Assembly: GCF_031769215.1 (NCBI RefSeq)
Contig: NW_026782527.1
Location: 248,001 to 312,000 of the forward strand
DNA length: 64,000 nucleotides
Direction of reading: 5' to 3'
Source: Ylistrum balloti
Lineage: Eukaryota
Shown: one piece after another, positions 37,481 through 50,828 of the stretch
Position numbering within the stretch: the first letter of the stretch is position 1
Layout of the letters: every line of letters starts with the position of its first letter
The notes under the pieces: generated by a model
What the model was told of the DNA's origin: nothing
The model's input: only the letters and a program-made list of their open reading frames with translations
Databases searched by the model: none
Position numbers and translations under genes: made by a program

Positions 37481-40400
37481 GCAAATTCTGTGGTTTATCC
37501 TTTCATTCGTCAGTTGTCAGATAAGTGTGAAGGGCTATAGCCCTCTTGTTTATAAAAAAGTTAGGGAAAAGGTAATCAAACAGAAAGTTTTACAAGGAAA
37601 GATTGATGAAATAATGTAACGATCTGAATGTACTTATCTGATATGGGTTTTTTCTTGGCACAGAAAGTGCAAGTTTCACTAAAAAAAGCAAACAATGTAT
37701 TTTTTATGAAGCAGACAATCTTTATAGTACAGATTCTGCTGTTGACATTCTAATCATAGTTTGGTTGCAAAAATTGGCTTTCAGATATTCTGTTAAATTA
37801 ATTTAACTTCAATTGAAGCACTTTTGTATTTGTTATAAAACATGTTTGTTGCATAAAAGGGTTCTATAAATAGCAAGATGTTGGTATATTTATATTTAAG
37901 GATGAAAGAGGAATTATTTTGATTTCAGATTTTACAGATATTGTTCAAAGGTTTAAAATCTAGGGGCTTTCCTTTTAAACCATCATAAATATCCTAATTG
38001 ACACCCATGCCCACCCTTGAAAAAAAGTAGAAAAACTAAAAAAGACAAAAATCAATTTTATATTAAAAAAACCTTTTAACACCCACCCCTGCCCTCTCAG
38101 AAAAAAACAAAAAAGAGAAAGATCAATTTTGTATGGAGAACATTTAACTTACAAAACTTTTTAACTTTCAAAGACCATAAACATTTAGAAATCTCATAAC
38201 CATAGATTACAAACAGAAAAAAATCTACCTTATTTAATGAGAGAGAGCTAAGAGTTGAAGTAATGAACAAAGTGCTTTAAAGAGCATCGAAAAGGATAGC
38301 AATTTATCATTATATAAGGTCAGGATTATGCAATAGCTTTCAACAATTTTTTTCTTTCTTTTTTTAGCAGTAAATGGAATTGAAGGATGATCCAAATTGT
38401 GACACCTGGTTATCTGTCTTTCCAAGGCCAAGATGGCTTTGTTGATTTCTGCTCAGGGATAAACGTATAATGTATACATATACGAAAGAGCACAAATAAC
38501 CACCTGTTTAGACTTGCCAATGTATCCGTTTATCTGGCATTGAGCTTATGTTTGGTAATAAGCCCAGCTAAATATAAAAGCATTGTTTTTTTGTTTTAAC
38601 TAAATGGCTGTATACATATAGATGGACTTATTACCAGGGATTGGCTTATTGTAGGATGGATAGAGTGCATCTTTAAAACAAGGGAAACAACCCTCAAGAA
38701 ATTATTAGACATTTAAAGAAATTTTCCAATAAAAAGTCATTGTCTGATTTTCATCCATTTAATATATAAGTTGATCAAAAATGCTTTCTTGGGATTTAGA
38801 CAAAAGGAATTATACATCTCTTTCTCCGTCTTCAAATTAAACCATCAAAATTAGCACAGGTTACATTCTATCGATTTTTGAAATCTTTTCTGTGTAGTAA
38901 TTGATGTGCTTTAAAGTCACGGTGTAATTTATAGTTAAAATAACACCACCATAAATAGGCAGTCTTTAGCTATAGTCTGGAGTCGACGATTTTAAATAGT
39001 TTGTCACGTTGTTGCTCTTGTTTTCTATATTGAAGAATTTGCAAACCACTTAAAGTGCTCCTTTAATGATTTAAAAGATTTTGTAGAAAATCACAGGCAA
39101 TTTGAAATATTTGCATGTCAAATTTGAAAATGAAATATCCTTTTGGACATTTTTCACAGATTTTAGCTATCCTTAGCACTGCTATTATGGAAATTCAATC
39201 TTCATTCTTGTTGCTAAAGAACAAATTCTCTTTAGCCTGAACATTTTTTCCTGTAGTTTCCATCAACAGAGTTGGTGATGAACAAATGCTGTTGGAGAAA
39301 AAAATCTCATTATTGACAAGGAATAGGAGAATTAGTTTAAGGAAGCTTGTTTGGTTTAGAATTTTCCAGCCCTTGACATGTACTAGTTGCGACATCTATT
39401 GGTGACAAATCTTTGTACTGTAACCTTATTATCTATATAGAGACAGTTTTAGCTGGTGATGTAGCACATGAAACATAGATGCAGACATTGCAGGAAAGTT
39501 AGGGGAAAATGTTATTTACAACTTTGGGCAGTGGCAAACAAAGCCTGATCATAATGATCTCGGGTAGGTTGTTTATAGACTGAATCCTGCTTTTGAAAAT
39601 CCTTCTTAATGGGGAAAAAAATAGAAAATTTAGTTGGAATCTGGCTAAATCAGTTCTCAGATATTAGTAATACAAAAAACGTTAAGATTGATACCAGCTG
39701 AAAAAAATCTAGCAAGAAAATTTGAAAATTGCCAACTGACAACAATTTGAAATATTCTATGTTATATTCTATTAGAACTCCTGGTAGAGTCCATAGGAGT
39801 CTGTCTTATATTATTTTAGATATTAGATTTTTACCAGGATTCTTTAAAGCTAACATGAATTTTTTCTAAAAACCTGAGACAGATTCCATATGGAAAATAT
39901 ATTCCAGACGGAGTCCATATGGAAAGTTTCGTACAAGGTGATGATTGTACTGATTAACACGAATACTGAATGATTTTTGTCAGTAATAAACCTGTCTCTT
40001 GTTGCTATTTGTACATAACCATATTTATCTTACGATAAGCCTGTGTCCACTAATAAGCCCACCCATATTTATCGCTATGTAGTAAAAATTACCAAAGATT
40101 GATATTTCACTGCCATCGATTAAACCAACCTTAAACTTTTATCAGAAATGATGAATTCCTGGTGGGCTTTTTGACATATTGAATGACAGCTGTAAGTAAG
40201 AATGTTGTTTCAAGCTTTCTATTTTATATCCAAGATTGAAGAACTTGATATTCTATTTCTCTTTTTCTTATTGGTAGTAGATAGAATGGATACCTTTTCA
40301 TGGCAGTTGAACATTTTTATCATTTCAAGCGACTTTACAGGAAAACAATTAAACTCAATCTTGATACAATGATTTCATTTTGATTTTAGATGTTTGCATT

Positions 40401-41502
40401 AACTCTGTGTCTATTTAGTGATTTCTATCTGTAATTACTTAATTGATGTCTGTTTTCTAAGTTTGAAGATCAGATAACAGAAAATAAGATGATCAGTTAA
40501 GTTTAAAATTTAATTTGATTTAGAATCCTTTTGGTTTACCAATAAAAGTATTGTCGTAAATTAATTAAATTTCCCAAGTGGTATTAATTGAACACCAGAA
40601 GATTAAATTGCAGTTTTTCATATTTTGTATTTGTTAAATTTGATTGTTGCCAGAATTGAAGGCAGATTATTGTAGCTTGCTGTAAGTCTACAAGATCAAG
40701 AAATTGCTTGTTAATTGATGATGCTTTAAAAATTGTCTTCATCCATCAAATATGGTTTTATCTATTACATATTTAGGAATATAACATTACGCTACAAGTG
40801 TATTTTATTCTTAGAAAATAATCAGTGCTACTAGGCTAGAAGTGATGCTGTGTACATACTGTTACTGTTTCATGGGTTTTAGAAGGAAATGAATGGTTTA
40901 AGACAATATCTCAATCCGTTAGAAGAAAACTGTTGATGCTGGTATTTAAGGAGAAGCCAATGCATCAATACTCCCAAATTAAACCAACGAGCCTGAATCT
41001 TGTCTGCGGGTTGAGACTGGGGTTGTGGAGGTTGGCATGGTCATCAATAAACTGGCCACCTTTCTGTGTTTTTATCCATGATAAGGTATTGGTGTTTTAC
41101 TTTGGCACACAAACTCTATATCATCCAACTTTTTTTTATTTACAGTATTTTCAGATTGGCATTGCTTCAGTATATATGATATCTGCTGGTGATTTTGAAA
41201 CTGTAAATGTAATCTTCAAAACCAGGTTTTCAAAATCCCAATTTTTGACTTAAGGGATCATGCTACTTACTGCATTTCAAAAGTGATATTGTTTCATGGA
41301 TTCTTTATTCAAAGTCTTATTTCAATCTACTTTTACTTATCATGTTAAACTGGTAATGATTGTGAGGATTGATTACTGGGGTCATGTGATCATATTTGTA
41401 GGGGAATGAGTTACATAGGTATTAGTTGCTTCTTTAGTACACTTAACTTGTATAACAAAAAGGAATAAAGTACCTTAACTTTGAAGAACTGTAAATGTAA
41501 GG

Positions 41503-42310
41503 ATTGTGTGATGTGACATCAACATTAGAGATAAATGTTGGTGTGATGTGACATCGACATTAGAGACAAATGTTGGTGTGATGTGACATCGACATTAGAG
41601 ACAAATGTTGGTGTGATGTGACATCGACATTAGAGACAAATGTTTGTGTGATGTGACACTGACATTAGAGACAAATGTTTGTGTGATGTGGCATCAATTA
41701 GACAAATGTTTGTGTGATGTGACACCGACATTAGAGACAAATGTTTGTGTGAATTGAACAAACATTTGTGTGATGTGACATCAATTAGACAAATGTTTGT
41801 GTGATGTGACATCGACATTAGAGACAAATGTTTGTGTGATGTGACACTGACATTAGAGACAAATGTTTGTGTGATGTGGCATCGATTATACAAGTGTTTG
41901 TGTGATGTGACATCTACATTAGAGACAAATGTTGGTGTGATGTGACACCGACATTAGAGACCAATGTTTGTGTGATGTGACATCGACATTAGAGACAAAT
42001 GTTTGTGTGATGTGGCATCAATTAGACAAATGTTTGTGTGATGTGACACCAACATTAGAGACAAATGTTTGTGTGATGTGACATCAATTAGACAAATGTT
42101 TGTGTGATGTGACATCAACATAAGACAAATATTTGTGTGATGTGGCATCAATTAGACAAATGTTTGTGTGATGTGACATCAATTAGACAAATGTTTGTGT
42201 GATGTGACATCAACATAAGACAAATGTTTGTGTGATGTGACATCAACATAAGACAAATATTTGTGTGATGTGACATCAATTGAACAAACATTTGTGTGAT
42301 GTGACTTTGA
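41503..42310. repeat. 35/31-bp minisatellite (about 24 copies)
   Basis: GTGTGATGTGACATCGACATTAGAGACAAATGTTT (35 bp) mixed with GTGTGATGTGRCATCAATTAGACAAATGTTT (31 bp). Confidence 0.97.
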
Positions 42311-42888
42311 TATTAGATCATTATTTTTCCTGGCATTTGATTCAGATCCTTTCTTCCTCAGAAGGTCAATATTTCTTTTTTCATGTTTTCTCTATGACAT
42401 TTTCAGAGCATTGAAAGATGTATGAAGACAGCATCACCTGTTTGGTTCAGATGTATATCCTATACTGTTGTCTGTCTGCTTTCCTTAGGGTGACAGGATT
42501 GGTTCAGGAGACAACCTTCTCACAGTGGTGTCAATATTGGTATATGATGATAATAATGCTTAGTCAGCAATATGTTTCACTGCAAGGAAGTGTCACAGGT
42601 GGTTTTCACTTTAGAAACAGTTACAGAAATGTTAAGAGCTGATTGTTCACCTTAAGTTCACAGAGGAGGATATAAAGAAAGTAGGAGTAGTATTCACAAA
42701 GACAGGAAGGGGAGAGCTGACAGATATACCCTATTGTCCTGGTGTTACTTCAGCACAATAAAGACTACAGTCTGTGCAAATTTATAGAGGCTCTGTACCG
42801 CTGTGTAATGAATTGGTTGATTGTTACGAAATATACAGGTTGTTTGGTACTTTTAGGAGAATTTAGCTTTTGAGCAGTTGGTTGGTAC

Positions 42889-43700
42889 TTTTTAGGTCAT
42901 CTAACCTGAAGGGTCAAGATAAACAATTGCTCCTGTGCAGCGACCATGGTCGTGTGCTGTGCGCCGTGCGCCGTGGGTGGACTTTTCCTTTAAAACACTA
43001 CTCCTGCTCCTGCTTAACACCTGGGTGGATTTCAACCAAATTTGGTCTGAAACATCACTGGGGTTGGGGAATCATTTCTTAATTCAAAAAGTTGATTTGA
43101 CACCTAGGGACTTGGAAGTTGGGCCCAAAACGGTTAGTTAGACAATATATTGCCTTGGGGTAGTTAGTCAATAATTTGCTTCAAAATTCTACACTTCCTT
43201 GATGCTTGAACGGATTTCAACCAAAGTTTGCCTGAAACATCTTTTAGGGTTGAGGATCAATTCTTAGTTTCAAAAAGTTTATTTGACTCATAGGGACTTT
43301 GGGATGGGGCTCCAAAAAGGGAAGTTGGACAATATTTTGCTTGAAAACACTACTCCTTCTTATTGCCTTAGTAGATTTCAAGCAGATTTGATCTGAAACA
43401 TTATTACAGGTTGATGAATTATCGTTTCTTTTATTCAGAAAGTTGATTCTAGAAATATTTCGCTTCTCAATATGCTACTATTCCTTAATGCTTAAATTTG
43501 GTTTGTATCATTTAGGGTGGAGAATCATTTCTTAAATTCCTTATTAATGCCTGGGTAAATTTTAACCAAATATGGGCTGAAACATTAGTAGGGAGTGGCA
43601 ATGATATCAAATGCACATGAAGTGATCCTTAGATTTTCCTGACCAAGTCTTATTTTTTTGATTTGGTCCAAAATCCAACATAATTCATTTGAACAAATAG
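42889..43700 (+). mobile_element. HINE-like element with about 4 diverged core repeats
   Basis: TTTTTAGGTCATCTAACCTGAAGGGTCAAGAT start, (GTGCGCC)2 leader, and recurring GATTTCAACCAAA...CTGAAACAT core units. Confidence 0.7.
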
Positions 43701-44339
43701 TCTGAACTACTTTTCAAGTTTCATTCATACCACTGACAAAAATATTTAGAGTTTGATTTGTTAAGGAAGAGAAAGAGATGATTAGTTAGGGTAGACATAG
43801 ATTTCATTATCTTGTTTGAAAGGCATAAAGCTTTTAAACTTCCATGATTTAAATACCAATGGTACATAGTGATAGAATTTACAGACTGTTTTTTCGGTGT
43901 CTGAGATTAATTCTATTAAGATATTGTATATGTTCAAATACAGAAACTAACAACTGATTGATGATGTATTGGTTTCTTCCATGTTATAGAAACACAAAAT
44001 CTTTGATAATGAAAACCTGTTTATACCATTAGAGTGTATCAGGTCCTTGACATAACGGTACATGCAGCCAGAGATAGACTTTTCACAGACTCACTGGAGC
44101 CTTTGTACTGTCGCCTTACACTGCATATATATATATCCAAAATTTGTTTGAGACTGACAAGAATTCTATTAACCGGAAAGGTTTTGAGTCATGTGAAATC
44201 ATAAGGTCTGAAGTCAATGTATACAGTTCTGTAACTACAATACTATCAGAAAGCTAGACAAAGCAAACTATTTTATTTCTGCTTAAACCAGAAGGTTAGC
44301 TCTTAGCTGTGTATGTTGCATGTGAAAAGCAAGGATCAT

Positions 44340-44585
44340 TTTGAGCTAGGACCATCTTATAGCAGCTGGTGACTACCTAACTGGACAACATATGAGAGGT
44401 CCATCACATGACATCCAGAGCAATTGGGGTAAAGTGTCTTGCCCATAGATACAACCTTGTCATCACAGACCAGTCTGTTTCCTAGCATACTAAGAAACAC
44501 AAAATCCCACAGGTTATGAACATTAGACCACCTGGATCTTCATCCTGAGGATGTGTAGACCAACACTTTAACTGACTGGGCTATT
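44340..44585 (-). mobile_element. tRNA-headed SINE with a CORE/Meta-type central domain
   Basis: The minus strand begins TAGCCCAGTCAGTTAAAG (A-box-like) and contains GGGCAAGACACTTTACCCC, typical of CORE/Meta-domain SINEs. A second copy lies at 53810-53945. Confidence 0.6.
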
Positions 44586-45685
44586 TTCGCCCCGAAGGAA
44601 GTTAGCATTCTACACATTGAAATATTTTAATGCCATGCTACATATGAAGTAACTCAAGTATGACTGTCTATTTGTTGTAGAAATTTTATGCAACAAGGAT
44701 TTTAAAAAAAAAAGGGAAATTAAAAACCAGGTTGTTAAAGGTGTCTGTAACACTAGCACCTCTCCTTTTCCAAGATATGGCATCTAAAATAGATTTCTAG
44801 AAAAAAATAAATCCATTTACAAATATTTACAATAACTGAAGTTATAACACAAATTGATACAATTAAAGATAGACTATCATGAAAAAGGTGATTAGTCTCT
44901 AGCTGTGCCCTTTTGATATTGGGACTGATCAGATAAACAGAATGGCTAACAAGCAGCCATCTTGGATTTTGACAATGACTTTTTATCACTGTTGCTTGAG
45001 AAGTAGATGGATCTGTCTCAAATTTCATTTGTAGGTTCCCCTTGGTCTCTAGTTGTGCCTGTTTGTTATTGCTATTTCTTAGGATCCTTGGTACAAAATA
45101 TAGTATCATATATATTAATTGTGTGCAATCTATTATGGAAATCAAGGTTATCTCCCCTTCTGCTATAAAATCAATAAGTTAAGTATTGACAATAAAGGTT
45201 AAGAGGTTTGTGGAATATTGGATATTCTGTTTCTAATCTCCCACAAAGCATGATAATATGTTTTCCTGATGGAATCTTTTAACAGTGGTGAAATAGATTT
45301 AGTATCCATTGAGGTACCTGTAACTTGAATAAGTAGTAAATAAAGGGTAGCTTCTGTAGATGATTAGGGAAGCTGATAGGATATGGCTTCATATACTGGC
45401 CAGCTTAGTCGTATTACCCAATGTTTATTGGACACTGATACACACACACACACACACATATATATGTTTTCATTCCATCAGAATTCACCAAAAAGAACAT
45501 TGAAATGATTCATTGTATTTTGTACAGTGTCAGCAAAGGTCATCAAGGTCTCATTTCTGATCCATTTAATTTTACCTAAAAGGCCCGAAGGCTAATGAAT
45601 TTTTCATGTGAATAATATATACATACCAGTAGTATATTTCTGTCAGGTTTTTTATTCATTATCCAAAAACTTAAACTTATAACTT

Positions 45686-45911
45686 GGTTGATTGGATGGT
45701 GTAGTGGTAACATCTTTCACCGTGTCACCCTAGGTTCAAATCCTGGAACAGATGTGAAAAGGTATTGGGTCACCTGTCTGACCTGGGGTTTCCATAGAGT
45801 ACTCAGGTTTCCTTTCACAATAAGAACCCTTGCAGCCTCAATCAGGGCTAACATGAGTGATTAATACAAGTTAGAAATACTTTTTTCGCAATTGTTGTAA
45901 AATAAATAAAT
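45686..45911 (+). mobile_element. tRNA-headed V-domain-type SINE
   Basis: A box TGGTGTAGTGG (45698), B box GGTTCAAATCC (45733), V-like core GGGTTTCCATAGAGTACTCAGGTTTCCTTTCAC (~45786-45818) and an AAATAAATAAAT tail. Confidence 0.75.
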
Positions 45912-46829
45912 ATGGCAACAGCCATAATTTTCCTGCATTAAACCCTGTTGGAAGCAATTATAAGAACTCTGACTCAAAGTCAGGGATGGAATTTTTACAG
46001 GATACAAGATTTATTTTATTGTTTTTCTGAACAGTTTTGTACAGTTGGGCACATTATAATGCATGGGCTTATTGGCGGATAAACTCATAATTTATAGTTT
46101 TCTGCATTGCTTGAACTTTTCCTTTAAGTTTGATTTAAGATGAATTCACTGTCTTCACAGTGAAATTTATGGTAGACGGATGATGTGCCAAGGAGAAATG
46201 ATGTCTTTACCATGATAATAAATTAACGTAATTAGGGTCCCTTTCTTCTGCTGTTCAGATACATGCTGAAAAAGCTTGTTATGATGTAGTTGTGAACTGA
46301 AATTGACAATGTCATCATTCCAGATCTAATGATTTAACAGAACTCATATTTGTTTAGAGCGTTTATGTACAACAGATCTCGTTAAACCTTTGACAAACAA
46401 ATTATTCCACGTCTTTCGAAACATTTTTGTAGGCATCAGTCAGAAGGAAAGATCAACAACATCGTGAAAAATGATTTAATCCCACTGCAAATATATTTCT
46501 TATAGTCTGTATATCTTAACAATGAATTCTATCACAGATTTGGTGATTGTCAAAAGTTCAAAGTTCAAAGGTCACACTTGACCATACTGGGAGTTATGTA
46601 TCCTTGCATGCTTTCATTTGTTCATATATAAGAACATTGAAGTGAACATTTTACAGTTTCTTAGTTGTGTACAGACACTTTTGGGAAATAAAACTTGAGT
46701 CTGCTGATGGACCTGGTGACATATGGGGCCATAAAACCTGTTTGGTCACTTCTATTACCATTAGGCAGTGATCTAAACCAGAAACAGTCTCCTCGCTGTT
46801 TATTTGACAGATTCGGCTTGTTCGACAAA

Positions 46830-46860
46830 ATACAGACCAATCACAGAATGTCCCGCCAGT
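46830..46860. promoter_or_regulatory. CCAAT box plus GC-box-like motif (possible intronic promoter or enhancer)
   Basis: GACCAATCACAG (CCAAT 46837-46841) followed by CCCGCC (46852-46857) in a small CpG-containing patch. Confidence 0.3.
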
Positions 46861-48530
46861 TCTATCCATAAATCAGAGCGTTGTGTAATTTCGAAATAAA
46901 ATTATTTGGCTCTTTGGTTGTCTGTGTATTGTACTTTATTACGGAATGATCATGTAATATTTCTAACCAGCATACATGGCTGGTGTTGTGGTCATTTTGA
47001 TGCTGGGAAACTTTATCAATTTGCAGGATCGTAGTGCATGTTGAGGATATAGCTGCTGTAGCCAAACTTGGACATAAATTGCTCGGTTTGTCTGCTTGAA
47101 TTGATGTCAGTTGCCAAGTTTGAAAATGAAACATTTTGAAAATTGATTGCCCATGTTAGTAAATACAGATGGCTGCCATGGTAGCACCGTTCACTTTCTA
47201 TTGGAGCAAGACAATGATACTGGATAAGCTGTTGTGGTATTTCTCCTTTCATGCAAGACATTGGACACAAGTAACTTTTGATTGGAATATGCTCAATTTT
47301 ACATAAAAGTCTGAGTAATTTATCACAGAGTTTTGCAGGCTTCATTCTTTTGTCAGCAACTATCAAGTGAATTTTTTTGAATATTTAAAAACAAAAGAAA
47401 AAAAAAAAAAGGCGCAAAGAATTTTTATAATTATCTGTTTTGTATTTAATAATTGTGTAAGATGTTTTTGTGTATGTAAAATATACATGTTTCAAGTCAC
47501 CAATTCTGAACTTTAAAATTGAAAATTCAGTTTAATCTTACTATAAGCATGATTTTCTAGTGCATTACTAGATTCAACAAGTGTTACCCATAGTGCAACA
47601 GAACAAAATAAACCAATTTATCTTTCTGTACCAGAATCAAGTTGTGTGTTTGACAGGGCTAATACTAGAACCCATGATTTTTTTTATCTACTTTGCCAGT
47701 GACTAAGATAGAATTAAGGTATTTATTTAGTCAAGTGAATAACATGGAAATAAAAATACTTTCTCCTACATATATGGAAAATTAATTGTTCATTTGGTTT
47801 CTTTTAAGTGGAATTTCCAGATGATGGCTTTCAAGAAGCATCAAATTATCCTGATTAAAAAAAATTGATTTCTAATTGGTGTTCATTTCAGCTCTTTCTT
47901 CTACACAAGAGAAAATGTATTTAAGAATTAGATGTAGTTAAACAGACTTTAGGATTGTCCTTATCCTTTTGTAACCAGAAGCTGGCGTGTCTCGGGTGAA
48001 GATGTCGGCTCTGTTGTCCTAGGATGTTCTGTTTCCTGACTCTGATGGGTATGGACATTGGTACTGTAATAAAGTGCTGTTTTCATTGGCAGCACACTAG
48101 GACTTTGCATATCAATCATCATTTGAAGCTTTAGATACATACACGGGAAATTTTAAAATAGAAATGTGGCTCACCGCTCAAAATTTTAAAATTTTATATA
48201 ATGACATGGGAAATTTTAAATAGAAATATGGCTCATCGCTCAAAATTTCAAAGTTTGACATATTCTATATCCATAGAGTGGTTCATTGTGATGAAGGAAA
48301 ATGTGTGTGTTATGTCATTTTAAAGTTGAGTTATGGAAATATGCGAAACAAATAAATGTATAATTTTTATAACCCTGTGATCTTCTCCTTGTCCTATATC
48401 TGTGTCATGCTATTAAAGCATATATTATATAATGTTTGGATATTTGGCTTTTGAAAATTACCTACACAGTAATGTTCAATTCAGTTTTGCATATTGTCTA
48501 CTCAGAAACATGGAATTTCTTTAAATCTGT

Positions 48531-48780
48531 ATTATGATTTAAATGAGAATCTATCTACCCAGCCAATCCTAAGCCACACATCTCCCTCGAACCCCTTTCC
48601 ATCACCAAAATACTTTATTATGAATTAAATGAGAATCTTTTTCCCAGGAAATCCTAAATGATACATCTCAATCCAGCCCCTTTCCACCACCGAAATTCTT
48701 TATTATGAATTAAATGAGAATCTTTTTCCCAGCCAATCCTAAACCACATGTCTCCCTCCAGCTCCTTTCCACCATCCAAA
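48531..48780. repeat. ~85-bp tandem repeat, 3 copies
   Basis: ATTATGAWTTAAATGAGAATCT anchors at 48531, 48617 and 48702. Confidence 0.92.
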
Positions 48781-49966
48781 TGTCCTGTCAGATATCACGA
48801 TCACAAATCGAGTCCAATAGAGGACATTCCTATTTCTTCACAGATATGCAAAGGTTTTTGTGTACCAGACATACATGCATTTGACGAGACCTTTTTTTCT
48901 ATTTATTTTACAGATATGCCAAGGTTTTTTTTTTGTTAGTACCAGACATTTATGCAGATCATGATAGAAAAAAGTCCATTGAGATGTATTGGTAGACAGA
49001 AAGAAACATAAAGTAATAATTGTTGATTATCAGAGTTGTGTTTGCAGTTGGCAGAGTAGCTTTCTCATGATCGATCCGTCCATCATCAAATAGGTTATAT
49101 ATATATATAACAGGACGATGAGTGTTTTACTTGTGTACATATTACACAATTTAGTGAAGACTCTTTTGAATATTACACGGCATTAGTTGCCATTCAGACT
49201 CCTACAAAAGTCTGCTGACAGTAGTAATTCATTGGTACTCTGGTAGATGTTGACAAATCTGTCCTTGTTACCAGACCTTTTTGCTCTGACTAAGTGGTTT
49301 GCCCTTGTTGTAAGTGTTTTGCAGGACAAAGAAAAGTCTCGCTTTTCATGGCATTTGATCCTTGTGATGGTTTTTAGGTTGATTATCGTTTGGTGATAAG
49401 GCTTTATCTATTAATTCTATTTTTTATGAGCAATATTATAACATGCGTAGGAAAAATTTTTGATGTTTGTTATACCTATATTGGTCTACTAACAAAGAAT
49501 GTGACTTTGTGGAGCCAATGAGATCATATGATACAACGCCCACAGTGATTCTGATCTTTAAGGTTTCTGAGCACACAACAGACACCAGACACACTCTGGA
49601 GGAGTTCAGCCTAACATTGATTGTTTGTGCTTGTAGGAAAAACTTGAACGATAACACTATGTTTTATAGAACTGCATGCCTTGATAAACATGAAAGAAAC
49701 ATCATGATCAATATTTGTGATTCAATTAAACGACAATATATTGTAGCAAAAGTACAATCCTTGATATAAATTTGTGAGTCATTGTCAGGTATTTTTTGCT
49801 TGTAATCTACCTTAAAAACAGATAATTATCAGAACATCGAAATGATGACAATGGTTTATCCAAGAGCAAAGTTTAGTGAATCATTGAGTGTTTATTGAGC
49901 TTTGACCTTACTGATAGTTTTGTAGGTTGCTCCTTTGCTATATATATCTTGACTTTTGACCCCTAG

Positions 49967-50596
49967 TTTTCAAGTCATTTGAGAAAAAGTCTCAAGTGAC
50001 CTACTGCAATTGCCTTTTGTCCATCATCATTTGTTGTGCATTGATGGCATTCTGTCTATAAACAGTTGACACTTTTTACTTCTTCTCTAAAACCCTGAAC
50101 CAGTTTGGACAAAATTTTGCAAAAGATTTCCATTGCAAAAAATTTAGCAAAAATTGTGAATTATATGGTCCCTACTTCCCAAGGAGTTAAAAGGGCAGGA
50201 CCAAAATGGGTAAAAATTGGATCAAATTTTAGAAATCTTCTTTTCAAGATGCAAATGTGGTAAAATCAAATACTCTTCCTGATGGAAAGGTCATAAGGTG
50301 CTTTACCAAATATTGTGAATTTCATGAGCCTTATGACTCGCATTTCTCATTGGGAAGGAAGTAAGTTTATGATAGTATATATAGGAAGATAACATATTTG
50401 AGCATAATTTCTTTAAAGTCAAACTTGGTTAGTGTTATACAGTAAATTTATACATTCACATTATTGGTACATATATAACACAGTACAAGTTATCTTATTT
50501 TGCTAACGAGATGATTTCTATGATAAATATATATTACTTGAACAATGACAGCATTTATAGAACTCAGGTGACCGTTAAGGACCTTGGGGCCTCTTG
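49967..50596 (+). mobile_element. Complete-looking HINE-like element
   Basis: 5' stem-loop GTCATTTGAG-AAAAAGT-CTCAAGTGAC; core region; 3' end ACTCAGGTGACCGTTAAGGACCTTGGGGCCTCTTGT (subTIR plus hairpin). Confidence 0.8.
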
Positions 50597-50814
50597 TGTT
50601 CATGGCTCATCTCCTGCACTATTCCAACATGACCTACCAGTTTGGTATACAAATTGCATATACTGTAAAACGTTTGTCATTTCATGTATAACAATAAAAA
50701 ATTTAGTTTTTGAATTTAAATTATTTAGTCTTGGAAAGATGTCTTAAATGTACTTACTGCATACCTACTTTGGAAGTGACTGATCCTGTGATAAGTGTGT
50801 TAAATAAAGCAACA

Positions 50815-50828
50815 GTTACCATGGAAAC
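50815..50828. promoter_or_regulatory. RFX X-box consensus match
   Basis: GTTACCATGGAAAC fits GTYNCC-AT-RGNAAC. Confidence 0.5.

Noticed and set aside
41630-42151. His/Cys-periodic ORFs (HHTNICL repeats) resembling metal-binding peptides
   Set aside because: Translation of the 35/31-bp minisatellite; the frames shift with unit length and there is no splice context.
47970-48000. CAGAAGCTGGCG (QKLA) as TULP4 exon 2
   Set aside because: The flanking codons do not give WNEPY...TCD, a TGA follows within 4 codons, and there is no acceptor.
49842-49914. Box C/D snoRNA (ATGATGA...CTGA, ~73 nt)
   Set aside because: No terminal stem, no clear C'/D' boxes and no recognisable rRNA guide.
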